Below, in pieces: positions 27,390 to 39,743 of a DNA stretch of 64,000 nt (position 1 is its first letter; each line of letters begins with the position of its first letter). The DNA is from Lachnospiraceae bacterium (GTDB lineage Bacteria; Bacillota; Clostridia; Lachnospirales; Lachnospiraceae): assembly GCA_900771195.1 (NCBI GenBank), contig CAAGMZ010000018.1, positions 1,195 to 65,194 of the forward strand, given 5' to 3'. Below the pieces are notes generated by a model. It saw only the letters and a program-made list of their open reading frames with translations, did no database searches and was not told the DNA's origin. The position numbers and the translations under genes are program-made.

Positions 27390-28547
27390 ATGACTAACAG
27401 CGAAAAAGCACTTAAATTACACGAAGAGTGGAACGGCAAGCTTGAGACCGCTTCCAAATGCGCCATAAAGACAAGGGAGGATCTTGCACTGGCATACACC
27501 CCCGGTGTTGCGGAGCCCTGCAAGCTTATAGCTGAAGATAAAGAGCTCGCTTACAAATACACGGTTAAATCCAATACCATTGCAGTCGTATCGGACGGCA
27601 GTGCGGTTCTCGGGCTCGGGAACATCGGACCATATGCGGCAATGCCTGTAATGGAAGGAAAAGCGGTCCTTTTCAAGGAGTTCGGCAATGTCAATGCCGT
27701 GCCCATCTGCCTTGACACCCAGGACACCGAAGAAATAATCAAAACAGTAATCAATATAGCTCCTGCATTTGGCGGAATCAACCTTGAAGACATATCGGCT
27801 CCAAGATGTTTTGAAATAGAGGAAAGGCTTAAGGCTGCCCTTGACATACCGGTATTCCATGACGACCAGCACGGAACGGCAATCGTGGTTCTTGCCGGAA
27901 TAATCAACGCCCTCAAGGTAACCGGCAGAAAAAAAGAAGACTGTAAAGTCGTAGTCAACGGTGCCGGTTCAGCGGGCGTCGCCATCACCAGACTTCTTTT
28001 AAGATATGGTTTTCCGGATATTATCATGTGCGATAAATCAGGTATTCTCTCATCTGATTCAGAGGGCCTCAACTGGATGCAGGCCAAAATGACCGAAGTG
28101 ACCAATCTCAGTCACAGACACGGCTCTCTTGCAGATGCATTAAAGGGTGCCGATATATTCGTGGGCGTATCCGCCCCGGGAATCGTTACCGCTGACATGG
28201 TTGCATCAATGAATAAGGACGCCATTCTTTTTGCAATGGCTAATCCCGTTCCCGAAATCATGCCCGATATTGCCAAGGCCGCAGGCGCCAGGGTTGTAGG
28301 CACAGGAAGAAGCGATTTTCCCAATCAGGTCAACAATGTTGTTGCATTCCCCGGTATTTTCAAGGGTGCCCTTGAGGGACGCGCCAAAAACATAACTGAA
28401 GAGATGAAGCTTGCTGCCGCTTTTGCAATTGCAGGACTCGTATCCGATGATGAACTCAATGAGAATAACATCCTGCCGGAGGCTTTTGACCCAAGAGTTG
28501 CAGACGTGGTGAGCCGTGCAGTTAAGGATCATATTGTTAACGATTGA
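27390..28547 (+). CDS. NAD(P)-dependent malic enzyme
   Basis: AYTPGVA, GLGNIG, NLEDI, FHDDQHGTA, GAGSAG, TGRSD. Confidence 0.96.
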   Translation: MTNSEKALKLHEEWNGKLETASKCAIKTREDLALAYTPGVAEPCKLIAEDKELAYKYTVKSNTIAVVSDGSAVLGLGNIGPYAAMPVMEGKAVLFKEFGNVNAVPICLDTQDTEEIIKTVINIAPAFGGINLEDISAPRCFEIEERLKAALDIPVFHDDQHGTAIVVLAGIINALKVTGRKKEDCKVVVNGAGSAGVAITRLLLRYGFPDIIMCDKSGILSSDSEGLNWMQAKMTEVTNLSHRHGSLADALKGADIFVGVSAPGIVTADMVASMNKDAILFAMANPVPEIMPDIAKAAGARVVGTGRSDFPNQVNNVVAFPGIFKGALEGRAKNITEEMKLAAAFAIAGLVSDDELNENNILPEAFDPRVADVVSRAVKDHIVND

Positions 28548-29488
28548 TGGAATATCCGTATTATTACTCAGCAAATCAATATTACAGAAAGCTTTTCGGT
28601 AAAAAAACATACCGCCTTTCGCTTAACGGCGGAATGACATGTCCTAACAGAGACGGGACGGCAGGCTACGGCGGATGTATATTCTGCAGTGAGGGCGGCT
28701 CCGGTGATTTTGCCCAGTCCTCTCTTCTTTCAGTGCAGAGCCAGATTGATAATGCAATATCGAATGTGCCCGAAAGATATGCAGACAGCTCATTTATAGC
28801 TTATTTTCAGGCATTCACCAACACCTACGCTCCCACCCCGTACCTTGAATCCGTATTTGGACAGGCTGTGTCGGATCAGCGTATTTCGGGTCTTGCCATA
28901 GCAACACGACCCGACTGCCTTCCGGATGATGTCATTGCCCTTCTCGTAAGGCTTTCCCAAATCAAGCCTCTCTGGATAGAGCTTGGACTTCAGACCATAA
29001 ATGACACCACTGCAGAGCTCATAAACCGCGGATATAAGCTCAGCGTTTTTGAAGATACGTTTAAAAAGCTTAAAACAGCCGGTATACCGGTGACAGTACA
29101 TGTAATAGTCGGTCTTCCCGGTGAAACTCCGGATGATTACAGGCATTGTGCCGCATATCTTGCCCAAAAACATGTTCACGGCATAAAAATCCAGCTTCTA
29201 CATGTGCTCAAGGGTACAAAGCTTGCAGAATTGTATCGTAACGGCGGCTTAAATGTTCTCACACTCAGACAGTACGTAAGTGCCGTTGCAGATATGCTTG
29301 AGCTTCTGCCTGACGATACCGTAATATACAGGCTTACCGGTGACGGGCCCAGAGACATCCTGCTGGCTCCCATGTGGAGCACCGACAAAAAAAATGTGCT
29401 CAACTCAATTGTCGGAGAACTCCGTCGCAGAGGCACATATCAGGGAAAGGAATACGAAAATGGCATTAGAATCCATTACACTATATAA
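28547..29488 (+). CDS. TIGR01212 (YhcC/YtqA-like) radical SAM protein
   Basis: TCPNRDG...GCIFC, YFQAFTNTY, TRPDC, ELGLQT. Confidence 0.93.
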   Translation: MEYPYYYSANQYYRKLFGKKTYRLSLNGGMTCPNRDGTAGYGGCIFCSEGGSGDFAQSSLLSVQSQIDNAISNVPERYADSSFIAYFQAFTNTYAPTPYLESVFGQAVSDQRISGLAIATRPDCLPDDVIALLVRLSQIKPLWIELGLQTINDTTAELINRGYKLSVFEDTFKKLKTAGIPVTVHVIVGLPGETPDDYRHCAAYLAQKHVHGIKIQLLHVLKGTKLAELYRNGGLNVLTLRQYVSAVADMLELLPDDTVIYRLTGDGPRDILLAPMWSTDKKNVLNSIVGELRRRGTYQGKEYENGIRIHYTI

Positions 29489-29975
29489 GCTCATAGTATT
29501 GTATATGCTTGACAGAGTGGATTTTCCCCTGTCAAATGCAACTATTTCCGAGTTCATTCTTGAAACCGGATATACCGATTATGCCAATATACAGCAGGTC
29601 ATAGGCATACTTCAGGATGATGACCTTATCAATGTCGAAAGCAGCCGCAGCAACACAAGCTACACCCTCACCGCACAGGGAAAAGAAATGCTTGATTATT
29701 TTGGCAATAAAATTTCCGAAGAGATTAAAAAAGAAATAAATGATTATCTTAAAAGAAATAAATATGAATTAAAGCAGACAGCCAACATTGCCTCCGAATT
29801 CTACAGAAACACCTCAGGCGAGTATTCTGTTCACTGCTGCATAAAAGAAAACAATACCAATCTGATTGATCTTACCCTGTCCGTTCCCGATGAGGATGTT
29901 GCGGGCATTATGTGTGACAACTGGAAAAAGAACAGTCAGGACATATATGAATTTGTGATGAAGCATATGCTGTAA
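29460..29975 (+). CDS. DUF4364-family protein
   Basis: LYKLIVLYML...PLSN, winged-helix-like; start adjusted to MALES. Confidence 0.85.
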   Translation: MALESITLYKLIVLYMLDRVDFPLSNATISEFILETGYTDYANIQQVIGILQDDDLINVESSRSNTSYTLTAQGKEMLDYFGNKISEEIKKEINDYLKRNKYELKQTANIASEFYRNTSGEYSVHCCIKENNTNLIDLTLSVPDEDVAGIMCDNWKKNSQDIYEFVMKHML

Positions 29976-30575
29976 TTATGCTTCAGCTTCCTCAAGCACA
30001 AGTCCGTCTATGACATTCCATATATCTTCCAGTCCCTGCCTGGTCTCTGCCGAAAAAGGTATCACCCTGATTTCGGTTCCTACACCCAGCCCCTCACGGA
30101 CAAGCTTTACCTGTTTGTCTTTCTGGCTTCTGTTGATTTTATCAAGCTTTGTCGCTATTATGACAGGCGTATATCCCTGCCGGACTATCCACTGATACAT
30201 GAGCCTGTCATTATCAGACGGCTTATGTCTTATATCCACCAGAAGAAAAACCTGACGAAGCTGCTTGGAAGTATGAAGATATCTCTCAATCATCTTCCCC
30301 CATTTTTCCCTTGTCTCGGCAGAAGTTCTGGCATAACCGTATCCCGGCAGGTCAACGCAGTAAAAAGCATCGTTTATATTGTAAAAATTGATTGTCTGCG
30401 TTTTGCCGGGTTCCGATGATGTCCTGGCATATGATTTTCTGTTCATAAGTGAATTTATCATGGATGACTTGCCAACGTTGGATTTGCCGGCAAAAGCCAC
30501 CTCGGGAAGTACATTTTCCGGCAGCTTGCTTGTGATGCCGCATACCGTCTCAAGACTTACTTTTTTGATTACCAT
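29976..30575 (-). CDS. ysxC: Ribosome biogenesis GTPase YihA/YsxC
   Basis: GKSNVGKS, PGKT, DLPGYG, TKLD. Confidence 0.96.
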   Translation of the reverse strand: MVIKKVSLETVCGITSKLPENVLPEVAFAGKSNVGKSSMINSLMNRKSYARTSSEPGKTQTINFYNINDAFYCVDLPGYGYARTSAETREKWGKMIERYLHTSKQLRQVFLLVDIRHKPSDNDRLMYQWIVRQGYTPVIIATKLDKINRSQKDKQVKLVREGLGVGTEIRVIPFSAETRQGLEDIWNVIDGLVLEEAEA

Positions 30576-30593
30576 ATGCCCTCTCCTTTCTTC

Positions 30594-32909
30594 CTATTCA
30601 CAAAGTGCGTGACAGGCCACATCATCGAATTTATTTGCATACACTATAATGAGCTTATCCGTTATCTCCTTATCTATTTCAGAGACGTCCTTACGGTTTT
30701 TCTCCGGCACTATTGCCGTCTTCATTCCGGCCTTTACGGCTGCAAGAAGCTTTTCCTTAAGTCCGCCTATGGGAAGCACGTCTCCATGGAGTGTCATCTC
30801 TCCCGTCATTGCCACATCAGCCTTCACTTTACGGCCGCTCAGGGCTGAGATTAAGGCAAGGGTCATTGTGACTCCCGCTGACGGACCATCCTTGGGAACG
30901 GCGCCTTCCGGTGCATGCACATGAATATCCTTCTTTTCAAAAACACTGCTGTCTATTTTATATTTTTTTGCGTTGGCCTTCACATATCCCAAAGCCACCT
31001 GCGCCGACTCCTTCATCACATCGCCGAGAGAGCCGGTAAGGTTGAGATTACCCTTCCCATTCATCGTCACAGCTTCGATGTCAAGAAGCGTTCCACCGAC
31101 ACTTGTCCATGCAAGTCCGTGAACCACACCGATACGGTCTTTTTTACCGGCTGTTTCGTCCTCATATTTGCGTATTCCAAGGTAGTCGGAAAGATTTTTC
31201 GCTGAAATTCTGTGAATTTTTTTCTTGCCGCTTACAATCTGTACCGCTGCCTTTCGGCATACCGCACCTATTTTTCTCTCAAGCTCTCTGACGCCTGCTT
31301 CTTTAGTATACCCTTCTATTATGGCATTTATGGCACTGTCATTGAAGCTTACCTGCGATTTCTTAAGCCCGTTCGCATCAAGCTGTTTTGACACAAGATG
31401 CTCTTTGGCTATGTGGAATTTTTCTATAGCAGTATAGCTGTTAAGCTCAATGACTTCCATTCTGTCCAGAAGAGGCTTGGGAATGGTGCCTGTGTCATTG
31501 GCTGTCGCAATGAAAAGCACCTGCGACAGGTCCACGGGAACTTCTATGTAATGGTCTCTGAATGCCGAATTCTGCGCACTGTCAAGTACTTCAAGAAGCG
31601 CCGATGCGGTGTCGCCTCTGGCATCATTTCCGACTTTGTCTATCTCATCAAGCAGCATAAGCGGATTGCCGCTTTCTGCATGTATGAGACCTGTAATGAT
31701 GCGTCCCGGCATTGCGCCCACATAGGTTTTCCGATGACCGCGTATCTCTGCCTCGTCGCGCACTCCACCAAGGCATACACGCACATACTTCCTTCCTACT
31801 GCCTCTGCAACCGATTTGGCTATTGATGTCTTTCCGGTTCCGGGAGGTCCCACAAGACAGATAACAGGGCTTTCTCCTTTTCCGGTAAGAGAACGGACAG
31901 CAATAAATTCAAGAATTCTTTCCTTTACATCCTTAAGTCCGTAATGATCCCTGTCGAGGATTTTTGCAGCATTCTCCACATCATAGTTATCATCGGTCAT
32001 ATTGTTCCATGGAAGCTCCAGCATAGTGTCAATGTATGTTCTGATAACTGCGGCTTCGGTAGAACCTCCCGAAGATGACTCATATCTCGAGATTTCCTTG
32101 TACAGCTTATTTTTAACTTCAGCGGAAGCATTAAGTTCTTTAACCTGCTGCCTGTACTCATCAGCTTCCTGTTCAACATTTTCCTCGCCAAGCTCCTCGC
32201 GTATTACATGTATCTGTTCTCTCAGAATATAATCCTTCTGATTCTTATCAACACGCCGCCTCATCTTCTCTGTAAGCTTTTCTTTAAGCTTGGCAATATT
32301 TATCTCACTGAAGGCCATATCACAGACAGCATTATATCTCTCTTCCATACTGTTCATATTAAGAATGGGCTGTCTTTCATCACATTCGGTAGTCATGTCG
32401 GCCAATGCCGTATATACCAGCTCGTCCAGATCAACTATTGCTTTAAGCCTTGCAACATTGTCTCCCTGATTGCGCCCGGTCTCCTCATAATACTGCCCCA
32501 TCAAAGCCTTAAGCATACCAAGTGACGCAGCCTTTTCTATCGCAGACAGGCTGCTCTCATCCTCAGCACATTCACTGATATTTCCTGCAAGCATATCGTC
32601 ATCTGCGGTAAAATCATAAAGCCTTGCACGGGTAAGTCCCGCAACCATAACACGTATAAGACCGCCCGGCATTTTTACTATCTGCTTTACCTGACAGATT
32701 GTTCCGTAATCATATACATCACTTCTCGTCGGCTCTGCAACATCTGCTGATTTCTGGGACACAAGAAATATCTTCTGCCCGTTTTTCATGGCATATTCAA
32801 TACTCTTTATTGACTTCTTCCTGCTGACATCAAAATGAATGACCATATATGGCAGTATGGTCATTCCTCTCAACGCTATAACAGGTAAATTAATCTTTAC
32901 GCTTTTCAT
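30594..32909 (-). CDS. lon: Lon protease
   Basis: [36 protein letters not shown]. Confidence 0.98.
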   Translation of the reverse strand: MKSVKINLPVIALRGMTILPYMVIHFDVSRKKSIKSIEYAMKNGQKIFLVSQKSADVAEPTRSDVYDYGTICQVKQIVKMPGGLIRVMVAGLTRARLYDFTADDDMLAGNISECAEDESSLSAIEKAASLGMLKALMGQYYEETGRNQGDNVARLKAIVDLDELVYTALADMTTECDERQPILNMNSMEERYNAVCDMAFSEINIAKLKEKLTEKMRRRVDKNQKDYILREQIHVIREELGEENVEQEADEYRQQVKELNASAEVKNKLYKEISRYESSSGGSTEAAVIRTYIDTMLELPWNNMTDDNYDVENAAKILDRDHYGLKDVKERILEFIAVRSLTGKGESPVICLVGPPGTGKTSIAKSVAEAVGRKYVRVCLGGVRDEAEIRGHRKTYVGAMPGRIITGLIHAESGNPLMLLDEIDKVGNDARGDTASALLEVLDSAQNSAFRDHYIEVPVDLSQVLFIATANDTGTIPKPLLDRMEVIELNSYTAIEKFHIAKEHLVSKQLDANGLKKSQVSFNDSAINAIIEGYTKEAGVRELERKIGAVCRKAAVQIVSGKKKIHRISAKNLSDYLGIRKYEDETAGKKDRIGVVHGLAWTSVGGTLLDIEAVTMNGKGNLNLTGSLGDVMKESAQVALGYVKANAKKYKIDSSVFEKKDIHVHAPEGAVPKDGPSAGVTMTLALISALSGRKVKADVAMTGEMTLHGDVLPIGGLKEKLLAAVKAGMKTAIVPEKNRKDVSEIDKEITDKLIIVYANKFDDVACHALCE

Positions 32910-34234
32910 GCGCTTTCTCCACTTTGGACAGCTTTGTGCCCGGATTTCTTCTGGTCCGTAATCTGTTCTGTCCTATACTCAATCAAAGGCTCGGCACCTT
33001 CTTCAATGGTTTCCCTGGTAACCGTGCACTTAGCCACATTGTCATCTGACGGCACGCGATACATCACGTCCATCATAGCTTTCTCCATTATCGAACGAAG
33101 TCCGCGTGCTCCTGTCTTTCTCTCAAAGCTCTTGTGGGCTATTGCCTTAACAGCTTCAGGAGTTATCTCAAGTTCAACCTCATCATAGTCAAACAGCTTT
33201 CTGTACTGCTTTATCAACGCATTCTTTGGCTTTGTGAGTATGTTGACTAATGCATCTTCATCAAGCATATCAAGAGCGACCACAACGGGTACACGTCCGA
33301 TAAATTCAGGAATAAGCCCAAACTTGACGAAATCCTGAGGAAGTGCCTTTGCAAATGCCTCACCCACATTCATTTCCTGATGGTCCTTAACCTCTGCATT
33401 AAAGCCTATTGCCCTCTGGTCAAGTCTTGCATCTATTATCTTTTCAAGGCCGTCGAATGCTCCACCGCATATAAATAATATGTTGGTGGTATTGATGTGA
33501 ATGAGCTCCTGCTGAGGATGCTTTCTTCCTCCCTGAGGCGGAACCGATGCATCTGTTCCCTCAAGAATTTTGAGCAGAGCCTGCTGTACGCCTTCACCCG
33601 ACACATCTCTTGTAATTGAAACATTCTCTGATTTCTTGGTTATCTTGTCTATCTCGTCAATATAAACTATGCCCTTTTCGGCTTTGTCTATATCATAGTC
33701 AGCTGCCTGTATAAGCTTTAAAAGGATATTCTCTACATCCTCCCCGACATATCCTGCCTCAGTCAGTGTCGTAGCATCTGCTATGCAAAAAGGAACATTG
33801 AGAATCTTCGCAAGTGTCTGTGCAAGATAAGTCTTACCGGAGCCGGTAGGTCCGAGCATAAGAATATTACTCTTCTGGAGCTCTACTCCATCGTCCTCCA
33901 CATTTGCAGTTGAAAGTATCCTCTTATAGTGATTGTATACTGAAACAGCAAGAACCTTCTTGGCCTCATCCTGACCGACCACGTACTCATCAAGCTTTTC
34001 CTTGATTTCCATCGGTTTCATAAGGTTAATGCCGAAATTTTCATCTGTATATTCTGCATCCACTGCAGCATCTGAATCGTCAAATTCATTATCAAGAATC
34101 TCATTGCAGATGTCTATGCATTCATCACAGATAAAAACTCCATTGCCGGGTCCGGCAATAAGCTTTTTCACCTGCTGCTGACTCTTTCCGCAAAAAGAAC
34201 ATCTGCAAACACCGTCTTCTCTTTTACCTGCCAC
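32906..34234 (-). CDS. clpX: ATP-dependent Clp protease ATPase ClpX
   Basis: CSFC...CDEC zinc finger, [16 protein letters not shown]. Confidence 0.98.
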   Translation of the reverse strand: MAGKREDGVCRCSFCGKSQQQVKKLIAGPGNGVFICDECIDICNEILDNEFDDSDAAVDAEYTDENFGINLMKPMEIKEKLDEYVVGQDEAKKVLAVSVYNHYKRILSTANVEDDGVELQKSNILMLGPTGSGKTYLAQTLAKILNVPFCIADATTLTEAGYVGEDVENILLKLIQAADYDIDKAEKGIVYIDEIDKITKKSENVSITRDVSGEGVQQALLKILEGTDASVPPQGGRKHPQQELIHINTTNILFICGGAFDGLEKIIDARLDQRAIGFNAEVKDHQEMNVGEAFAKALPQDFVKFGLIPEFIGRVPVVVALDMLDEDALVNILTKPKNALIKQYRKLFDYDEVELEITPEAVKAIAHKSFERKTGARGLRSIMEKAMMDVMYRVPSDDNVAKCTVTRETIEEGAEPLIEYRTEQITDQKKSGHKAVQSGESA

Positions 34235-34292
34235 TTTATACCTCCTGATGGTGCATCTGCACCTGACCGCAACATATGCGGTACACTTTAAA

Positions 34293-34318
34293 CAGCCTCC
34301 GACTGATATCGGAGGCTG
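34293..34318 (-). terminator. Hairpin between clpP and clpX
   Basis: cagcctccga...tcggaggctg. Confidence 0.6.
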
Positions 34319-34324
34319 CAGATA

Positions 34325-34909
34325 TTACGCTCTCTTTTCAACCACGCTGTCAATCAGTCCATACTCAACAGCTTCCTGTGCTGACATGTAATTATCTCTG
34401 TCAGTATCGCGTTCAATAACCTCGATAGGCTTTCCTGTATTCTGAGCAAGAATTGAATTGAGCTTTGCTTTGGTCTTGAGTATCTCATCGGCAACTATCT
34501 TAATGTCCGATGCCATACCCTTTGATTCTCCGCTGGGCTGATGAATCATTATTTCCGAATTAGGAAGTGCGTATCTCTTACCCTTTGCACCTCCCGCAAG
34601 AAGAAATGCACCCATGCTCGCTGCCATTCCGATACAGATTGTGGAAACATCACACTTAATATACTGCATTGTATCATAAATAGCCATTCCTGCAGTAACA
34701 GAGCCACCGGGGCTGTTAATATAAAGATGAATATCCTTGGACGGATCCTCCGATTCCAGGAAAAGAAGCTCAGCAACCACTATGCTTGCTGATGCATCAT
34801 TTACCTCCTCGCCAAGAAATATGATTCTGTCTTTAAGAAGCCTTGAATAAATATCATATGAACGCTCACCGCGGCTTGTCTGTTCAAGGACGTAAGGTAC
34901 TAAACTCAT
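34325..34909 (-). CDS. clpP: ClpP protease
   Basis: [24 protein letters not shown]. Confidence 0.98.
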   Translation of the reverse strand: MSLVPYVLEQTSRGERSYDIYSRLLKDRIIFLGEEVNDASASIVVAELLFLESEDPSKDIHLYINSPGGSVTAGMAIYDTMQYIKCDVSTICIGMAASMGAFLLAGGAKGKRYALPNSEIMIHQPSGESKGMASDIKIVADEILKTKAKLNSILAQNTGKPIEVIERDTDRDNYMSAQEAVEYGLIDSVVEKRA

Positions 34910-34942
34910 AATAACGCCTCCTGTTTAATTACACTGATACTC

Positions 34943-36253
34943 CTATTTTTCTTCATCCTTTGAAGCTTCAACCTCAACAGCCTTCTCTGCAATAAGCTTT
35001 GCTGCCTTCTCAATGGCAAGGTCTGCTCTGATCTGCTTTTCCTCAGCTTCTCCGATTATATCCTTAAGCTTATCCTTCTCCATCTTGTACATCTCAGCCA
35101 TCTTGTCAAGCTCTTCCTCATAATCGGCATCACTGACTTCTATGTTCTCTGCTTTTACAACTGCGTCAAGAACAAGGCTGTTCTTAATTCTGGTAGTTGC
35201 CTCGGGTTTAAGGCTGTCCATGAACTGCTGGGGATTGGTTCCGACATACTCAATGTACTTCTGTATTGAAAGTCCCTGAGCCTGAAGTCTCTGTGCAAAA
35301 TCATTTACCATGTTGTTAACCTGTGACTTAATCATGGGCTCGGGAATGTCCATTTCAGCACCTTCAACTGCTTTGTTGACCGCTCTTCTCTGCTTTTCCT
35401 TTTTAGCCTCTTCAGTCTTTTTCTCTGCAAGGTTCTTCTTAACATCTTCCTTATAAGCATCGATGTTGTCAAACTCAGATACATCTTCGGCAAATTTATC
35501 ATCAAGCTCAGGAAGCTCCTTTACCTTGATTCCTTTGATTGTAACCTTGAAGAGTGCAGGCTTTCCGGCAAGTTCCTTTGCCTGATAATCCTCGGGGAAT
35601 GTTACATTGACATCCACTTCATCTCCGACAGATGCTCCAATAAGCTGATCCTCAAAATTGTCAATGAATGTATGTGAACCGATTGTAAGAGGATAATCTG
35701 TTCCCTTTCCGCCTTCAAATGCCACTCCGTCAACAAATCCTTCAAAATCTATAACGGTCTGGTCCTTATCCTGTACCGGTCTGTCGGTAATCTCGACTAT
35801 TCTTGCATTCTGTTCTCTTATCTTTTCAAGCTCTGCGTTGATATCATCATCCGTAACGTCTGCATCAACCTTTTCTATCTCGACGCCAAGATACTTGCCG
35901 AGTGTAACCTCGGGCTTCACTGCAACCTCTGCCGTGAAGATAAATGACTTGCCCTTCTCTACCTGTGTAACATCGATTTCGGGCTGTGATACGATATCAA
36001 GCCCGCTCTCCTCTGCCGCCTTGCTGTACTCATCGGGGATAAGAATATTAGCTGCATCCTCATAAAATACACCGGGACCGTAAATCTTCTCTACTACCTG
36101 TCTTGGAGCTTTTCCCTTTCTGAATCCATTGATGGCAATCTTTCCCTTATTCTTCTCGTAAGCCTTCTGAAGTGCCTTCTCAAATTCATCAGCAGAAACT
36201 TCTATTGTAAGCTTTGCCATATTCTTCTCTAAGTTTTCTACAGTACAACTCAT
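34943..36253 (-). CDS. tig: Trigger factor
   Basis: GFRKGKAP, FKBP domain, upstream of clpP. Confidence 0.98.
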   Translation of the reverse strand: MSCTVENLEKNMAKLTIEVSADEFEKALQKAYEKNKGKIAINGFRKGKAPRQVVEKIYGPGVFYEDAANILIPDEYSKAAEESGLDIVSQPEIDVTQVEKGKSFIFTAEVAVKPEVTLGKYLGVEIEKVDADVTDDDINAELEKIREQNARIVEITDRPVQDKDQTVIDFEGFVDGVAFEGGKGTDYPLTIGSHTFIDNFEDQLIGASVGDEVDVNVTFPEDYQAKELAGKPALFKVTIKGIKVKELPELDDKFAEDVSEFDNIDAYKEDVKKNLAEKKTEEAKKEKQRRAVNKAVEGAEMDIPEPMIKSQVNNMVNDFAQRLQAQGLSIQKYIEYVGTNPQQFMDSLKPEATTRIKNSLVLDAVVKAENIEVSDADYEEELDKMAEMYKMEKDKLKDIIGEAEEKQIRADLAIEKAAKLIAEKAVEVEASKDEEK

Positions 36254-36484
36254 TTTAAACTTCCTCCTTGCGATAAAAACCGTAATCCACCGAATATTCT
36301 GCTATTATCAGGCACGCTGTGCGCCCACAGCCGGTATTCGCATTCTCCTACGGTCACATAGTTGGAATTATATCATATCATTTCCACATATGTCAATACT
36401 GGCAGATTCAACGCCAAGTTGAATTTTTCATCCTTTTATAGTACAATGGTTGCTATCAATCGATTCAAAAAGGAATATACAATT

Positions 36485-37177
36485 ATGTCACTAATTGAAA
36501 TCAATAATATTACGAAGAATTACGGACGAAAAAAAGTTCTCAGGAACATATCCTTTACCGCTGACTGTGGACAGTGCATAGGAATAGTCGGTGCCAACGG
36601 ATGCGGCAAAAGCACGCTTCTCAAAGTACTTTCCGGTGCCCACAGTCCTGACAGCGGTTCGCTTTCTTACGGAGGTGAGAATCCCCTTGTTAAAAAATCC
36701 GTTTTTTCCAAATACATAGGTTATGTCCCGCAGGAAAACCCTCTTTTTGATAATCTGACAGTTCTCGATAATCTTAAACTGTGGTATTGTGACAGCACCC
36801 ACAATCTCAGGGATGACATTGAAAGCGGAATCCTTGCGGAGTTTGGTGTGAGCAGATACCTTAAATCGGTGGTAAAGAATCTTTCCGGAGGCATGAAAAA
36901 AAGGCTCAGCATTGCCTGCGCCATTTCAAAGGATCCAAAGGTCCTTATACTTGATGAGCCCGGAGCATCTCTTGACATCGTGTGCAAGGAAGACATCAAA
37001 AACTATATGGCCAGATTCATTGCCGCCGGCAATACAATAATAATTGCCAGCCACGAAGAGGGTGAGCTTTCCGTATGCACCGACATGTACCTTATGAATG
37101 ACGGAGTTCTTGAAAAGCTCCCTGAATGTACTGTTTTGTCACAGCTCATGGAAAGGATGGCTGCTCACTATGCTTAA
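36485..37177 (+). CDS. ABC-2 exporter ATP-binding protein
   Basis: GANGCGKST, LSGGMKKR, ILDEP. Confidence 0.95.
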   Translation: MSLIEINNITKNYGRKKVLRNISFTADCGQCIGIVGANGCGKSTLLKVLSGAHSPDSGSLSYGGENPLVKKSVFSKYIGYVPQENPLFDNLTVLDNLKLWYCDSTHNLRDDIESGILAEFGVSRYLKSVVKNLSGGMKKRLSIACAISKDPKVLILDEPGASLDIVCKEDIKNYMARFIAAGNTIIIASHEEGELSVCTDMYLMNDGVLEKLPECTVLSQLMERMAAHYA

Positions 37178-38381
37178 GAAGCACCTTCTTTTTCTTGTAT
37201 ATCAGATAAAATCAACGCTGAAGGCACTTCCCCGTCTCGTCATCTGTACGGCCCTGTTCGGACTCATTGTACTGGTCGCAGGAATATGCGGTAACAGCAT
37301 GCTTGGAGACGATTCGGACAGCTTTGTAAAACTAAAGATTGCAGCGGTTATGCCATCAGGAGATACTGCAATTGCAGCCGGATTTTCCATTGTATCCAAC
37401 ATGGACAGCCTGAAGGATGTATGCCAGTTTATCGCACTTGACAGAGATGAGGCGATTGAGGGACTTAAGAAAGGGGAAATATCGGCTATCATAGAGATAC
37501 CTCCCAATTTTGCCGACGATCTCATGTATGGTGTCAACACTCCTGCCACAGTGATTATTTCTGATAATGCCGGTGTTGAATCACTCCTTTTCTGTTCCAT
37601 GATTGATGCAGGAGGACAGTCCGTCGCATACTCCGAATCCGGAATCTATGCTGTTCTTGATCTTTTCAGGAACCATGGCTTTGACGAATACGCAGCTCTT
37701 GCCGGAGATGAGCTGTATGAGTATTATTTAAAATATACCCTGAACAGAGGAAGCTTTTTTGATAACCGTCCCACATCAGCTACAGGGGCTTCCTCATCGG
37801 TAATCTATTACCTTTGCACAGGAATGGTGTTAATGGTGCTTCTCGGAACTCTGACGGTTACCGACCGGTTCAGCAAAAGGCCGGCAGCAGTCATGGAATC
37901 TCTTCGCATACACCGAATATCCAAGGGTTTTATCAAAACAAGCGAGCTGACAGGCGTTACGCTTATGTTCTTCGTTATTTTTGCCGTACTTGCGGCTGTG
38001 CTTGGTCTCACCGTCGGGAGCAGCATTGCAGAGCTTACTCCCGGACTTTTTGCTATGCTCCTGCTTGTTATTTTCTCCATTGCATCCTTTGCAATGTTCA
38101 TGTGCTCCATTGGCGACGGCGGGCTGGTCAGCGTACTGCTCATATTCATTACATCATGTGCCATGCTTTATGCATCAGGCAGGTTTGTTCCGGGTTCATA
38201 TCTGCTGCCCTGGATTGAAAAAACCGGACGTTTTCTGCCCGCATACGGATGGTGTTCTCTTTTGGAATCGGTACTGTGTGACGGAATCCGGACATCTTAT
38301 GTACTTATGACAGCAGGGTATGGAATCCTGTTTACTGTCCTCAGCATAATAGTGACAACAGTCAGAGGGAGGGAAAGATAA
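37170..38381 (+). CDS. ABC-2 exporter permease
   Basis: 1 TM + large loop + 5 TM; start adjusted to MLKKH. Confidence 0.85.
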   Translation: MLKKHLLFLVYQIKSTLKALPRLVICTALFGLIVLVAGICGNSMLGDDSDSFVKLKIAAVMPSGDTAIAAGFSIVSNMDSLKDVCQFIALDRDEAIEGLKKGEISAIIEIPPNFADDLMYGVNTPATVIISDNAGVESLLFCSMIDAGGQSVAYSESGIYAVLDLFRNHGFDEYAALAGDELYEYYLKYTLNRGSFFDNRPTSATGASSSVIYYLCTGMVLMVLLGTLTVTDRFSKRPAAVMESLRIHRISKGFIKTSELTGVTLMFFVIFAVLAAVLGLTVGSSIAELTPGLFAMLLLVIFSIASFAMFMCSIGDGGLVSVLLIFITSCAMLYASGRFVPGSYLLPWIEKTGRFLPAYGWCSLLESVLCDGIRTSYVLMTAGYGILFTVLSIIVTTVRGRER

Positions 38382-39442
38382 TGCGCAAATTTTTTACATG
38401 GCTTTTTATCCTTGCCAAAAGACAGCTCAAAAATCCGTTTCTGCTGATAATGCTTGCACTAATCCCGGCAATATGCCTGACCTCCGAATTTATGAATTCA
38501 TCCCAGAGTGATTCGTCATACACGGCAGGCATGTATGTGGACGGCGACGATGATATTTCAAAGGAGCTTGCGGGAAATCTTCTCAAGCGGGAAAGTACTT
38601 TTGAATTTGTTATATATAATGACCCTGATAAAATGATAAGGGATGTCAAAAATTCCACGCTGATTTGCGGATATATTTTTCCGGATGACCTTAAGGACAA
38701 AACAACAGACAAGGATTGTACGGACAGCATAACCGTATACTCCCCCACATCAAGCTCTGTCCAGGGTGCGATTAACGAGGTCGTCTATTCCGAGCTTATC
38801 AGGATTCAGGGGCGCTACATAATAACCGACTATGTGGATTCAAAAGAAGTCTTTAATGACTCTGATGTCGACTATTCCGAAGAACTTCTTGAATCATACA
38901 ACAATTACCTGAACAGTGATGTGACCTTCCATATCGCCTTCAGTAAGTATGGAATCGACGGAATAAAAGAAATCGAAGACACCAATATCCATGTGGCTTT
39001 TCCAATCAGGGGCATACTTGCCATATTAGTATATCTTGCGGGAATGTTCGGTTCAGTTATGTGGATGCGCGACAATGAAAAAGGAATTTTTGCAACCCTG
39101 ACCGTCGGATATCAGCGACTTTGCAGAATTTTGTACGCTTTTATTCCGGTTATCCTGTTCGGTATAATGATGCTTGTATCACTGGCAGCATCCGGTCAGC
39201 TTATGAGCATTGCAAACGAGCTTGGTGCCATGCTTGTGCTGATTGTACTTTCAGCTGCATTTGCCGTGCTTATGACTTATATAACGCGGACAAGCCACAC
39301 GTACGCCGCCTGCATTCCCATACTGCTCTTATGTGCACTGCTGTTCTGCCCGGTATTTTTCAATGCAGGCAACTATGTACCTGCGGCAAGATTTGTGGAA
39401 AAGCTGTTTGTACCGTATTATTATCTGGAGCTGTTCGTATAA
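38381..39442 (+). CDS. ABC-2 exporter permease
   Basis: Same topology, translationally coupled. Confidence 0.85.
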   Translation: MRKFFTWLFILAKRQLKNPFLLIMLALIPAICLTSEFMNSSQSDSSYTAGMYVDGDDDISKELAGNLLKRESTFEFVIYNDPDKMIRDVKNSTLICGYIFPDDLKDKTTDKDCTDSITVYSPTSSSVQGAINEVVYSELIRIQGRYIITDYVDSKEVFNDSDVDYSEELLESYNNYLNSDVTFHIAFSKYGIDGIKEIEDTNIHVAFPIRGILAILVYLAGMFGSVMWMRDNEKGIFATLTVGYQRLCRILYAFIPVILFGIMMLVSLAASGQLMSIANELGAMLVLIVLSAAFAVLMTYITRTSHTYAACIPILLLCALLFCPVFFNAGNYVPAARFVEKLFVPYYYLELFV

Positions 39443-39444
39443 GA

Positions 39445-39483
39445 AAATGCCATAGTGACACATAACGTGCCACTATGGCATTT
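39445..39483. terminator. Bidirectional terminator
   Basis: aaatgccatagtg...cactatggcattt. Confidence 0.8.
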
Positions 39484-39530
39484 ATCGCGGATAGTATTAA
39501 AATCCGCTTTTCTGCCATCAGGCTGTCAGA

Positions 39531-39743
39531 TTACTGTCTGCCTGACATCTGCTCTTCCTGGCTCTTGATCATCTTACGGACCATCTCACCACCGATACTT
39601 CCGGCCTGACGTGATGTGAGATCACCGTTGTAGCCCTCTTTAAGAGGTACTCCAAGCTCAGAAGCTACTTCCATCTTGAACTTGTCCATTGCGCCCTTTG
39701 CCTCAGGAACTGACATTTTGTTTGAAGAATTACTTCCTGTCAT
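39531..39743 (-). CDS. Alpha/beta-type small acid-soluble spore protein
   Basis: FKMEVASELGV...LTSRQAGSIGGEMV. Confidence 0.96.
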   Translation of the reverse strand: MTGSNSSNKMSVPEAKGAMDKFKMEVASELGVPLKEGYNGDLTSRQAGSIGGEMVRKMIKSQEEQMSGRQ